This document shows, piece after piece, positions 17,070-25,483 of a DNA stretch of 64,000 nt (position 1 is its first letter; each line of letters begins with the position of its first letter). Under the pieces are notes generated by a model, which worked only from the letters and a program-made list of their open reading frames with translations, was not told the origin of the DNA and did no database searches. Both the position numbers and the translations under genes were made by a program. Origin of the DNA: Dehalococcoidia bacterium (GTDB lineage: Bacteria; Chloroflexota; Dehalococcoidia; Bin125); assembly GCA_965204335.1 (NCBI GenBank), contig OZ241982.1:246695-310694 (forward strand). Direction: 5' to 3'.

Positions 17070-17531
17070 CTAGTCGCGGCGCTTGCGTTTGTTGATCTTG
17101 CGTCCGCTCTGTTCTTCGAGGCGGCCGAGGGCTCGGCCCTTGTCGGGGTGCGGATCCTTGCGTTCGCCGTAGATCGTGATGCCCTCGTGTCCTTCGGGGA
17201 GATACTCGGTGATGGGAAGACCTTCCTCATCGCAGAAGAGCAGTCAATGGCAGTATTTCCAGCGCTGCATCTCCTCGCAGGGGCAGATCCAGGTCGATTC
17301 CTTGACCTCCTCGGCCTTGTCTTCGTAGAAATTGCAGGGACAGAGCGGGCGGCCATAGTCGTCGATGTGCTTGGCCAGGCCGATCACCAGGAACTCGGTG
17401 ATGTCTTCCTGCGGATGGAGGTACGATCCGCTCTTCTCAGCGAAGTTGCGGGCGAACTTCCACATCTTGTTGAGGTTTTTTTCCGAGGCCTGCTGGCGAT
17501 CGTCGTCGCTGACGTGGTCAACATCCGCCAT
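17070..17531 (-). CDS. ferredoxin-thioredoxin reductase catalytic subunit-like protein with in-frame TGA (candidate selenocysteine) at 17244..17246
   Basis: ...GRPLCPCNFYEDKAEEVKESTWICPCEEMQRWKYCH-TGA-LLFCDEEGLPITEY... The frame is open for 57 codons past the TGA, to TAG at 17070. The CPC-x16-CPC-x8-CH[TGA] spacing equals the family CHC signature. Confidence 0.7.
17211..17231 (-). promoter_or_regulatory. SECIS-like mRNA hairpin downstream of the in-frame UGA
   Basis: GAUG-A-GGAA[GGUC]UUCC-CAUC: 4 bp, a 1-nt 5' bulge, 4 bp and a GGUC tetraloop. It starts 12 nt after the UGA. Confidence 0.55.
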
Positions 17532-17609
17532 CGCTCACCACCGCTCTAAACATGTCTGACTTGCGCCGTCGGATCCACTGTACGCGCTGCGCTCGGCGCT
17601 CGACTCGGC

Positions 17610-18494
17610 CTAGTTGTTGGCGTTGTCGCCGCCTTGTCGAAAGAAGTCCTCGAGGTCGGCGATCAGCGCGTCGGCGCTGGGCAATTCGCCTTCCGGCCGG
17701 GCTTCCGGCTGCGGCGAGGGACTCGCCTCTTCGAGCCGAGCGACGTAGTCGCGCAATTCATCGTTGTCGCGCAGCGCTTCCTCGAGTTGCGTGTGGAAGC
17801 GATGGATGCCGCGCTCGAGCGGATCGAGGTCGAAGCTCAGGCCGGTCATGTCGCTGACGACCCGCAGCAGGGCCTGCGCGCCGACCGGATTGGTGATTCC
17901 CGGCAGGTAGTGAGGCACCGATGCCCAGAGCGAGACGCCGGCCACGCCTCGCCGGCGGCAGTGGTCGTGGAACACGCCCACGATGCCCGACGGTCCCTCG
18001 AAGCGGGACGGGTGCATGTTGTAGCGCTGGGCGAGCTCGGAGTTGTTCGCCGAGCCGCGGACATGGACCGGCTGCGTGTGCGGAGTACCGGCCGCCACCG
18101 CGCCGAGCGAGAGGATCAGCTTCGCGCCGATCTCGTCGACCAACTCGGAGAGCGCCGCCATGTACCGCTTCCAGCGGTAATGCGGCTCGATCCCGATTCC
18201 GACCACGATGTCGCGTCCGCTGGATGAGGGACGCAGGTGGACGAACTCGGTCGCCGGCCAGGCGATGAAGCGCTCGCCCTCGCGATAGCGGGCCATCGGG
18301 CGAGCCTCCGTGAAGTCGTAGAATTCCTCGGGGTCGATCGTCGCGAAGGGCTTCGCGCCCAACTGCTGGATCAGGTACTGCGCGGCGGTGGACGCCGATT
18401 CTCCGGCGTCGTTCCAGCCTTCCCAGGCGACGATCAGCACCGGGTCGGTGAGATTGGGCAGTTCTTCGATATTGAGGTCAGGTGAGGTGGTCAT
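17610..18494 (-). CDS. PAC2 (proteasome assembly chaperone 2-like) family protein
   Basis: LIVAWEGWNDAGESAS...FEGPSGIVGV...WASVPHY motifs typical of actinobacterial-type PAC2 proteins. Confidence 0.8.
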   Translation of the reverse strand: MTTSPDLNIEELPNLTDPVLIVAWEGWNDAGESASTAAQYLIQQLGAKPFATIDPEEFYDFTEARPMARYREGERFIAWPATEFVHLRPSSSGRDIVVGIGIEPHYRWKRYMAALSELVDEIGAKLILSLGAVAAGTPHTQPVHVRGSANNSELAQRYNMHPSRFEGPSGIVGVFHDHCRRRGVAGVSLWASVPHYLPGITNPVGAQALLRVVSDMTGLSFDLDPLERGIHRFHTQLEEALRDNDELRDYVARLEEASPSPQPEARPEGELPSADALIADLEDFFRQGGDNANN

Positions 18495-19359
18495 GGACGA
18501 AGTTTACTCCAGCGCCGGTCGCTCGACGGCAGCGGAACTGACACAGGCCTGGGCCGCACGGGTCGCGGCCAACCGGGAACAGGCAGAGCGATTGCGAGAG
18601 GAGAGCGGGGGCGGCGATCACTACCGCCCACTGGCGTCGATGTTCCGAGCCGACCCCCACCGCACCGACGACGACGTGCTGGATGCGCTGCTGGCAATCG
18701 CCAGGTCTTCGGACACCTGGATCGACGTGGGCGCCGGCGCGGGGCGCTTCTCGCTGCCGCTGGCGCTGTATGTAGAGTCGGTGGTCGCCATCGAGCCGTC
18801 GGGCGCGATGCGGGCAGAGTTCGCCAACCTGCAGATCGAGCACGGCATCACCAACATCGACCTGCGCGATGGCCGTTGGCCGACGGACGATCCCGTCATC
18901 ACGGACATCGGGGACGTGGCGTTGATCTCGCACGTGGCTTACGACATCGAGCCGATTGGCGGCTTCCTCGACACGCTGGAGCGCTCGGCGCGGCGCGAGT
19001 GCGTCGCGATCCTGTTCGACCATTCGCCCAGTGCGATGTTCTGGCAGGTCTGGCCCGCAATCCACGGCGAGGAACAGGTCCAGCTTCCGGGAGGCAACGA
19101 GTTCGTCGCATTGCTCAAGGCTCGCGGCGCGAGCGTGGAGGCGTCCGTCATTCAACCGCGCGGCGACCGACAGCGATTCGTCTTCGACGCGCCTGAGGCG
19201 GCCATCGAGTGGGCGCGCAGACGATTATGGTTAGCGGAGAACTCGGCACGGCTGCCGCTCTTACGCGAGGCGGTGGCTGAGCTTCTGATCGAACGGGACG
19301 GCGGATGGACGCTGCCCGATCAACCAAGTCAACTGCTGATTCGCTGGAGGACATCATGA
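18493..19359 (+). CDS. class I SAM-dependent methyltransferase
   Basis: WIDVGAGAGRFSLPLA motif I. ATG 18493 overlaps the divergent PAC2 start (CATG). Confidence 0.75.
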   Translation: MDEVYSSAGRSTAAELTQAWAARVAANREQAERLREESGGGDHYRPLASMFRADPHRTDDDVLDALLAIARSSDTWIDVGAGAGRFSLPLALYVESVVAIEPSGAMRAEFANLQIEHGITNIDLRDGRWPTDDPVITDIGDVALISHVAYDIEPIGGFLDTLERSARRECVAILFDHSPSAMFWQVWPAIHGEEQVQLPGGNEFVALLKARGASVEASVIQPRGDRQRFVFDAPEAAIEWARRRLWLAENSARLPLLREAVAELLIERDGGWTLPDQPSQLLIRWRTS

Positions 19360-19946
19360 ACAGGGTCACACCCCTCGAGACACCGGAAGTGCTGGAAGTC
19401 GCCCCGCACCTGCAGGCGCTGATTGACCGCGGCGGCACGATTCCGACGTCGCTGCACGTACTCGCCCGGCGACCGGCGGTCCTCAACGCCTTCGGCCCCT
19501 TCTTCAACTCGATCATGACCGACGGCGGCGTGCCCGACGGGCTCAAGCAACTGATCGCCCACGTGGTTTCGCGCTCGGCGGGCTGTCTCTACTGCCAAGC
19601 CCACACCGGACACTTCGCTCACACGCTGGCCGGAGAGACCTTTGATCGGGTCGAGGCGGTCTGGGCCTTCGAGACCTCCGAGCTGTTCAGCGACGCCGAG
19701 CGCGCCGCCCTGCGCCTCGCGCGCGACTCGGGGATCCAGCCCAACTCGGCCACGGATGAGCACTTCGACGAACTGAAGCGGTACTGGTCCGAGTCCGAGA
19801 TCGTTGAAATCGTCAGCGTGATCTCGATGTTCGGGTTCCTCAACCGCTTCAACGACACGCTCGCCAATGAATTGGAACCCGACGCCGTCCAGTTCTCGGA
19901 CGCTCACCTGGCCCAGGCCGGCTGGACCGTCGGCAAGCACGGCTGA
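19356..19946 (+). CDS. carboxymuconolactone decarboxylase (AhpD-like) family protein
   Basis: SAGCLYCQAHTGH CxxC-H motif. ATGA overlap with the upstream stop; GGAGG 5 nt upstream. Confidence 0.85.
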   Translation: MNRVTPLETPEVLEVAPHLQALIDRGGTIPTSLHVLARRPAVLNAFGPFFNSIMTDGGVPDGLKQLIAHVVSRSAGCLYCQAHTGHFAHTLAGETFDRVEAVWAFETSELFSDAERAALRLARDSGIQPNSATDEHFDELKRYWSESEIVEIVSVISMFGFLNRFNDTLANELEPDAVQFSDAHLAQAGWTVGKHG

Positions 19947-19957
19947 ATCGAACTTCG

Positions 19958-20854
19958 CTAGCGGGGCTTGTCCTCAAGCGGGTTGTCGACCCCGCGGAAG
20001 AACGCGCCGCGATAGATTTTCGTGTCGCCGCGGACGCGCTCTTCCCACTCCTGATCGGTCATCGCTTCGCGCAGCCGGATCGTCTGGATCGTGTCCTCTC
20101 CGATCGGCCAGCGCATGGGCAGACGCTGCTCGAGCTCGACGATGTCGGCGACGGCCGTCGCGACGGAGCGCGATCCGGGTCTCGTCGCGGCGCGCGTGCG
20201 GAATGCCTTCAGCGCGTGGTCGGCCGACTCCTGGTAGGGCGAGCGGCCTTCTCGCACGGCGGCGGCGACATCCAGGTTGGTGGTCTGCCAGTCTGACGCG
20301 TACATGCCCGGCTCGAGGATGGTGACGTCGATGTTCCAGCGGGAGACCTCGTAGCGCAAGGCTTCCGACATCGCCTCGACCGCCCACTTGGACGCCGCGT
20401 AGAGTCCCATCAACGGCGCGACGATTCGTCCGGCCAGCGACGAGACGTTGACGACCTTGCCGTGCCGTTGCTCGCGCATCGACGGCAACACCGCCTGGGC
20501 CATCCGGATCTGTCCAAGGAAGTTCGTGTCCATCTGCCGCATGACTTCTTCGTCCGACATGTCCTCAACCGGCCCGTAGAGCCCGTACCCGGCGTTGTTG
20601 AACAACGCGTCTACGCGCCCGAAGCGCTTGATCCCCGCCTCGACCGCCTCCTCGATCGAGTTGCGGTCGGTGACGTCGCAGCGGCTAATCTCGACCAGGT
20701 CCGAATCGATGCCGGCGAGGTTGGGGCCGTCACGGTCGGGGTTGCGCATCGTGGCGATCACCGGATGGCCGCGCATCGTCAGTTCCTCGGCGGCGGCGAG
20801 TCCGAAGCCTCGCGATGCGCCCGTGATCAGTGTGACCTGCCGCTCAAGTACCAT
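19958..20854 (-). CDS. SDR family oxidoreductase
   Basis: TGASRGFG, NNAG, and YAASKWAV catalytic Y-x3-K. Start at ATG 20854 with a GGAGG RBS. Confidence 0.9.
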   Translation of the reverse strand: MVLERQVTLITGASRGFGLAAAEELTMRGHPVIATMRNPDRDGPNLAGIDSDLVEISRCDVTDRNSIEEAVEAGIKRFGRVDALFNNAGYGLYGPVEDMSDEEVMRQMDTNFLGQIRMAQAVLPSMREQRHGKVVNVSSLAGRIVAPLMGLYAASKWAVEAMSEALRYEVSRWNIDVTILEPGMYASDWQTTNLDVAAAVREGRSPYQESADHALKAFRTRAATRPGSRSVATAVADIVELEQRLPMRWPIGEDTIQTIRLREAMTDQEWEERVRGDTKIYRGAFFRGVDNPLEDKPR

Positions 20855-20934
20855 GGTCCTACCTCCGCCTTGCGGATCGCCGTCTTCGCAGATGCTAGTG
20901 GCGTGCTGCAGGCAGGGGTCTAGCAAGAACCTGA

Positions 20935-21963
20935 GTGGACTGGCTGACGGACCCCTGGCACTTCGAGTTCATGCAGCGCGCGCTCCTGGCCGGGGTGATC
21001 GTGTCAATCGCCGCGGGCATGGTTGGCGTGTTCGTGGTCCTGCGCGGCCTGGCGTTCCTGGGGGACGCCGTGGCGCATACGCAGCTCGCCGGAGCGGCGG
21101 TGGCGCTGGTGCTCGGCGGCAGCGCCGTGTTCATCACGCTCGGCGCAGGGGTGGCGGCAGTACTGACGGCGCTCGGCGTGGCGCTCCTGACCCTGCGCGG
21201 ACGCCTGCGCGAGGACACGGCGATTGGGATCATGTTCGCCGGGTTCTTCGCTCTCGGCGTATTGCTGATCTCGCGTCAGCGCACGTTCGCGATCGACCTG
21301 GGCTCGCTGTTGGTCGGTCACATCCTGGGTGCTTCGTGGACCGACCTGCTAGTGATGGCCGTGTTGACGGTTGTGGTCGTGGCCCTGGTCCTGGCGTTCC
21401 TGCCCGAGCTCCGATTTTCCGCCTATGACCCGGAGGTGGCTTCCGTTTCCGGTGTTCCGGTCAACGTCATGCAGGTCGGCTTGCTGGTCCTGATCGCGAT
21501 GGCGACCGTGGTAGCATTTCGCCTGGTCGGCGTCATCCTCGCGGTGGCGATGCTGGTCACGCCCGCGGCAGCCTCCGTCCTGCTCACGCGCCGGTTATCG
21601 ATGATGATGATCATGGCCATGCTGGTCGGGATCGTGTCCACCGTGGTCGGGCTGTACTCCTCGTTTCACCTCGACCTTGCGGCCGGGCCGTCGATCGTGC
21701 TCACCGCCGTGATTCTGATGGGGCTCTCGTTCGTCCTGAGTCCTCGAGGCTTGCGAGAGGTGCTGCCCAGCTTCGCGGGAGCGGTCGACGAGGCCGGCGG
21801 GTATCCGCAGACCGGTTGGCGAAGAACGGCCAGGGTGTGCTGGGGCGCATGCTGCCATGTCGGCGACGCGTCCTGGGGCGCGTGTTGCAGAGTTGGCGAC
21901 GTCTGCTGGGGCGCGTGTTGCCGGGTTGGATCGCGCCTCTCGCTGCGCGGGCGGGCCGGCTAG
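20935..21963 (+). CDS. metal (Zn/Mn-type) ABC transporter permease with Cys-rich repeat tail
   Basis: ZnuB/MntB-like: FMQRALLAGVIVSIAAGMVGVFVVLRGLAFLGDAVAH. About 60 extra C-terminal residues contain 3x WGACC. Confidence 0.85.
   Translation: MDWLTDPWHFEFMQRALLAGVIVSIAAGMVGVFVVLRGLAFLGDAVAHTQLAGAAVALVLGGSAVFITLGAGVAAVLTALGVALLTLRGRLREDTAIGIMFAGFFALGVLLISRQRTFAIDLGSLLVGHILGASWTDLLVMAVLTVVVVALVLAFLPELRFSAYDPEVASVSGVPVNVMQVGLLVLIAMATVVAFRLVGVILAVAMLVTPAAASVLLTRRLSMMMIMAMLVGIVSTVVGLYSSFHLDLAAGPSIVLTAVILMGLSFVLSPRGLREVLPSFAGAVDEAGGYPQTGWRRTARVCWGACCHVGDASWGACCRVGDVCWGACCRVGSRLSLRGRAG
21838..21930 (+). repeat. 33-bp tandem repeat, about 2.8 copies, in frame within the permease 3' end
   Basis: tgctggggcgcatgctgccatgtcggcgacgcg / tcctggggcgcgtgttgcagagttggcgacgtc / tgctggggcgcgtgttgccgggttgga... 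Confidence 0.85.
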
Positions 21964-22514
21964 AGGGCGGGCTTGAACAGCTGCTGCCTGTACCAGCGCA
22001 GTTCTTCGATCGACTCGCGGATGTCGTCAAGCGCCCGATGTCGTTCCTGCTTGACGAACGGCTCCATCTCGGGATACCAGCGCAGCGCCAGCTCCTTGAT
22101 CGTCGAGACATCGACGATTCGGTAGCTGAGCCACTCGATCAGCCGGGGCATCTCGCCGTAGAGGAACCGTCGGTCCTGGTGGACGGAGTTGCCGCACAGC
22201 GGCGACTTCCCCTCGACGGTCCAGTCCCGGACGAACTCGAGGATCTGTTCCTCCGCCTGTCCAATCGTCACGTCCGATGCCTTGACCCGCTTGATCAAGC
22301 CTGAGCCGTGATGGGTTTGCCGATTCCAGGCGTTCATCACGCTCAGCTCTGCGTCCGTCCGGTGTATGGCGAAGTCCGGGCCATCGGCGATGATATTCAG
22401 TTCGCCGTCCGTGATCAGCACCGCGGCTTCAATGATCACGTCACGGGCGGGATCGAGCCCGGTCATTTCGAGGTCGATCCAGACCAGGTTGTCCTTCGAC
22501 GGCGTTGGCGACAT
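21960..22514 (-). CDS. orn: oligoribonuclease
   Basis: LVWIDLEMTGLDP...GNSVHQDRRFL...HRALDDIRESIEELRWY DEDDh exonuclease motifs. Confidence 0.95.
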   Translation of the reverse strand: MSPTPSKDNLVWIDLEMTGLDPARDVIIEAAVLITDGELNIIADGPDFAIHRTDAELSVMNAWNRQTHHGSGLIKRVKASDVTIGQAEEQILEFVRDWTVEGKSPLCGNSVHQDRRFLYGEMPRLIEWLSYRIVDVSTIKELALRWYPEMEPFVKQERHRALDDIRESIEELRWYRQQLFKPAL

Positions 22515-22624
22515 GAACTCAGCCTACCCGTCGCCCCATCCGTCCCCGTATGGAGTACGGGGCGGGCTGCGTTGTGACACCCGCCCCATCGAGCGGGGGT
22601 GGGAAGAAACGGGGTCTGGGACGG

Positions 22625-24946
22625 CTACTGGTCGGCGATGGCCCGTGCCGTGCCGAGCAGGATGCCGAGATAGGTCGGGTTGTCCTCGGTCGGCTGCGAC
22701 CAGATGATGCCCCGTTCGGCGCCGGTCTCCGAAGCGACGGTGTCGAGCAGTGAGGAATCGAACTGCGGCTCGTGGAAGATCGTCTCTACGCCTTCGTGCT
22801 CGACCAGTTCGATCAGGTCGGTCAACGCGCCGGCGCTGATGCCCTGCTCCGGCCCCTCGACGACGAAGCCGGCGATTTCGAGTCCGTAGCGGCGGGCGAA
22901 GTAGCCGAACGCATCGTGGAAGGTGACCAGCAACCGGTGCTCCTCGGGCAGGTCCGCAAGCAGCTCACGAATCTCGGCGTCGGCCGCGTCGATCTCAGCG
23001 AGGTAGAGGTCGAGACGGTCGGTGAAGACGTCGGCTGCGTCGGGCATCAGGTGGGAAAGCTCCTCAGCGATCGCCGAGATGGCTGCCGAGGCCATGTCGG
23101 TGTCGAACCAGTAGTGCGGGTCTTCCGAGCCGTGGGCATGGCCGTGGTGACCGTGATCGTCTTCCCCATCGTGCATTTCCTCGTCGTGGCCGGCGTGAGG
23201 CGCACCCTCGGCGTCAACGATGCCGACGAAAGCCAGCGACGTCGGCGCGCCACCGACGTGCCACTCCTCGACGACCTCGAGCGAGTGGCCGTCGATCATC
23301 AGTACGTGGCCGTCGGACGGATCGGTGATGAAGAGGTGTTCGCCGAGGGCGATCATGCGCGGCGAACCGGCCTCGCTGGCTCCAACCATCTCGGCGCTGT
23401 CCAGCATCTCGCCATCGTGGGCGTCGAGGGCGTAGAGCACGGCGTCTGCGCCGAGCAGGTAGAGCGTCTCGCCGTGGTTGCCAATGACGGCGGCCAACGT
23501 CTCGTCCTCGAACACGCGCTCCATCGAGCCCCCGGCGACGTCAATTAGCCAGATGCCATCGGACTGCCAGCCGCCCTGGCCGCGGTAGGAGGCGCTGCCG
23601 AAGAAATGGTCGAGATGGTCGTGTCCGTAGACCGAACCGATGCGCGCGGCTTCGTGCATCTCGGGCGAATTCGGGATCCACTCGTGCTCGTACTCGCCGT
23701 CGTGGGCGCGCAGGAAGAGCACGCCGCCGACGCAGCCAAACGCCGCCCCGTCAGCGTTGTGCGACTCGCCGTGCATGCCCGGGCAGCTACCGTTGCTGGC
23801 GTCGTAGACGACGTTCCCGTCGAAGTCCCAGACCTCGACGCCCACCGGCAGAGCGTCGTTCGGGTCGTCGGGATTCCTGGTGGTGACGACAACGTGGTCA
23901 TCGCCGACCACCAGCGCCGCTCCGTGCTGTGGCCCGGCCTCGAGCACAATCGGTTCGTAGTCGCCTCGAGCGTTCGAGAGCGCCTCTTCATTGATCAACA
24001 TCACGCGACCGCTGGCGTCCGCGAAGATGGCCGTCCAGCCGTGGCTGTTGACGTAGTGGACGGGCGCTTCTTCAGCGATCGCCAATGAATGGCGGGATAC
24101 CGGCTCCGTGAACAGATCGTCGTGATCGCCGTGCTCGACGAGGAAGACTCCGCCGTCGAAGATGTGAATCCGGTCATCGCCGCTCCGCGGTCCGCGGGCG
24201 AGGACGATGGCGTATCGGTGAGTGGGACTGGGATGCACGGTTGCGTTGGCGGCTGCGACGGCGAATGGGCCGAAGTCCACCTTTTCGGTCATCAGGTCGA
24301 CGACTGAGATGACGGCCTCGGCTCCGTCCGCGACCAGCAGGCGGCCGGCTGGCGCGGCTTCGCGTTCGTCCCCGTGCTCGAGTGCCATCGCGCTGAACGG
24401 CGCCAACTCGAAGCCGGCGCTCTCGATCGCCTCGGCGAGGTCGAGAATGTGCTCGGCGTTCTCCAGGATCGCGTCCTGGTAGGCCGCTTCCAGACCGGCG
24501 CCATTGATGATGACCAGGTCGGCGTCGACGATTGCGCGGATATCGGCGACGCTCAACTCCAGCGTGTGCGCGTCGGCGCCGGCGGGCACCAACGCTCTGA
24601 CCATGGCGCGGTCTCCGGCGACCTGCCGAACCCAGTCGGCGATCACCTGGGTGGAGACGACGATACTCAGCGGCTCGGCCGACGGCGCCTGTCGCTGAGT
24701 CTGCTGAGCTTCCTGAGACTGCTGAGCTTGCTGTTCCTGCTGCTCTTGCGCGCTGCTCGACCGTGCCGCGGAGGTTGACCGGCCCTGCTGTTGCTGGACC
24801 TGCTGATCCTGCCGATCCTGCTGCTCCGCCGTCGTTTGCTGTTGCTGCTGGGACTGATCGTCGTCGGAGCAGCCAGCAATGAGCGCCGCGGCCAGGGACA
24901 GCGCAATCACGGCGCCGAGCGCCAACCTGAAGAACCGGGACATCAA
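22625..24946 (-). CDS. ZnuA/TroA-type metal-binding lipoprotein interrupted by a roughly 420-aa His-rich beta-propeller-like insertion
   Basis: Lipobox LIAGC, then a Q-rich linker. N-lobe ...PAGADAHTLELS...; residues about 190-608 are inserted; then HGHHGHAHGSEDPHYWFD and TFHDAFGYFARRYGL C-lobe motifs. Confidence 0.8.
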   Translation of the reverse strand: MMSRFFRLALGAVIALSLAAALIAGCSDDDQSQQQQQTTAEQQDRQDQQVQQQQGRSTSAARSSSAQEQQEQQAQQSQEAQQTQRQAPSAEPLSIVVSTQVIADWVRQVAGDRAMVRALVPAGADAHTLELSVADIRAIVDADLVIINGAGLEAAYQDAILENAEHILDLAEAIESAGFELAPFSAMALEHGDEREAAPAGRLLVADGAEAVISVVDLMTEKVDFGPFAVAAANATVHPSPTHRYAIVLARGPRSGDDRIHIFDGGVFLVEHGDHDDLFTEPVSRHSLAIAEEAPVHYVNSHGWTAIFADASGRVMLINEEALSNARGDYEPIVLEAGPQHGAALVVGDDHVVVTTRNPDDPNDALPVGVEVWDFDGNVVYDASNGSCPGMHGESHNADGAAFGCVGGVLFLRAHDGEYEHEWIPNSPEMHEAARIGSVYGHDHLDHFFGSASYRGQGGWQSDGIWLIDVAGGSMERVFEDETLAAVIGNHGETLYLLGADAVLYALDAHDGEMLDSAEMVGASEAGSPRMIALGEHLFITDPSDGHVLMIDGHSLEVVEEWHVGGAPTSLAFVGIVDAEGAPHAGHDEEMHDGEDDHGHHGHAHGSEDPHYWFDTDMASAAISAIAEELSHLMPDAADVFTDRLDLYLAEIDAADAEIRELLADLPEEHRLLVTFHDAFGYFARRYGLEIAGFVVEGPEQGISAGALTDLIELVEHEGVETIFHEPQFDSSLLDTVASETGAERGIIWSQPTEDNPTYLGILLGTARAIADQ

Positions 24947-24976
24947 GCAATCGATCTAGGCGGACCGTATGTGCTG

Positions 24977-25450
24977 TCAGCGGCCTGTCCGCAGGGCCTT
25001 CAGGACCGCCTGGCCATGATCGGCTGCCCTGGCGCGCTTCCAGACCTTGGAGAGCACACCATCCGGTCCGATCACGAAGGTAGCACGCGTCATGCCAATG
25101 CTCGTTCGCCCGTACAGGGTTTTCTCGCCCCAGGCGCCGTAACGCGTCGCGACCTCCGCGTCGGTGTCGACCAGCAGCGGGAAATTGAGCGCGTACTCGT
25201 CGATGAATCTCCGGTGCGACTCCGCGTCGTCCGTCGACACGCCGAGCACGACCGCGCCTTCCGCCTCAATCTCGCCCATGTCGTCGCGCAGCGAGCAGGC
25301 TTGTTTCGTGCAGCCCGGCGTGTTGTCGCGCGGGTAGAAGTAGAGCACGACCGTCTGTCCGGCGTAGTCGGCGAGCCGGTGCAGGTTGCCTTCCTGGTCG
25401 GCGAGTTGGAAGTCGGGGGCCTGATCGCCTTTGGCGAGGGTGACGGGCAT
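24977..25450 (-). CDS. bcp: thioredoxin-dependent thiol peroxidase (peroxiredoxin Q/Bcp)
   Basis: VVLYFYPRDNTPGCTKQAC motif; 157 aa. Confidence 0.9.
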   Translation of the reverse strand: MPVTLAKGDQAPDFQLADQEGNLHRLADYAGQTVVLYFYPRDNTPGCTKQACSLRDDMGEIEAEGAVVLGVSTDDAESHRRFIDEYALNFPLLVDTDAEVATRYGAWGEKTLYGRTSIGMTRATFVIGPDGVLSKVWKRARAADHGQAVLKALRTGR

Positions 25451-25483
25451 GTTCTTCGCTTTCGACTGTTCTGCTCGGTGCGC

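Noticed and set aside
17244-17246. Treating the TGA as an ordinary stop, giving a 95-aa truncated FTR-like protein
   Set aside because: This is not fully excluded. It is disfavoured because truncation would remove the last Cys of the CHC motif, the downstream frame remains open for 57 codons with family-like sequence (LLF...), and a SECIS-like hairpin follows. The call is kept as a hypothesis needing the sel gene check.
18492-18495. Divergent PAC2 and methyltransferase genes whose start codons overlap (CATG)
   Set aside because: This probably just reflects uncertainty in one start (the methyltransferase has downstream alternatives). There is no further signal suggesting a special mechanism.
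20855-20934. Zur/Fur box upstream of the metal ABC permease
   Set aside because: The region is GC-rich with no AT-rich palindrome resembling known Zur or Fur boxes.
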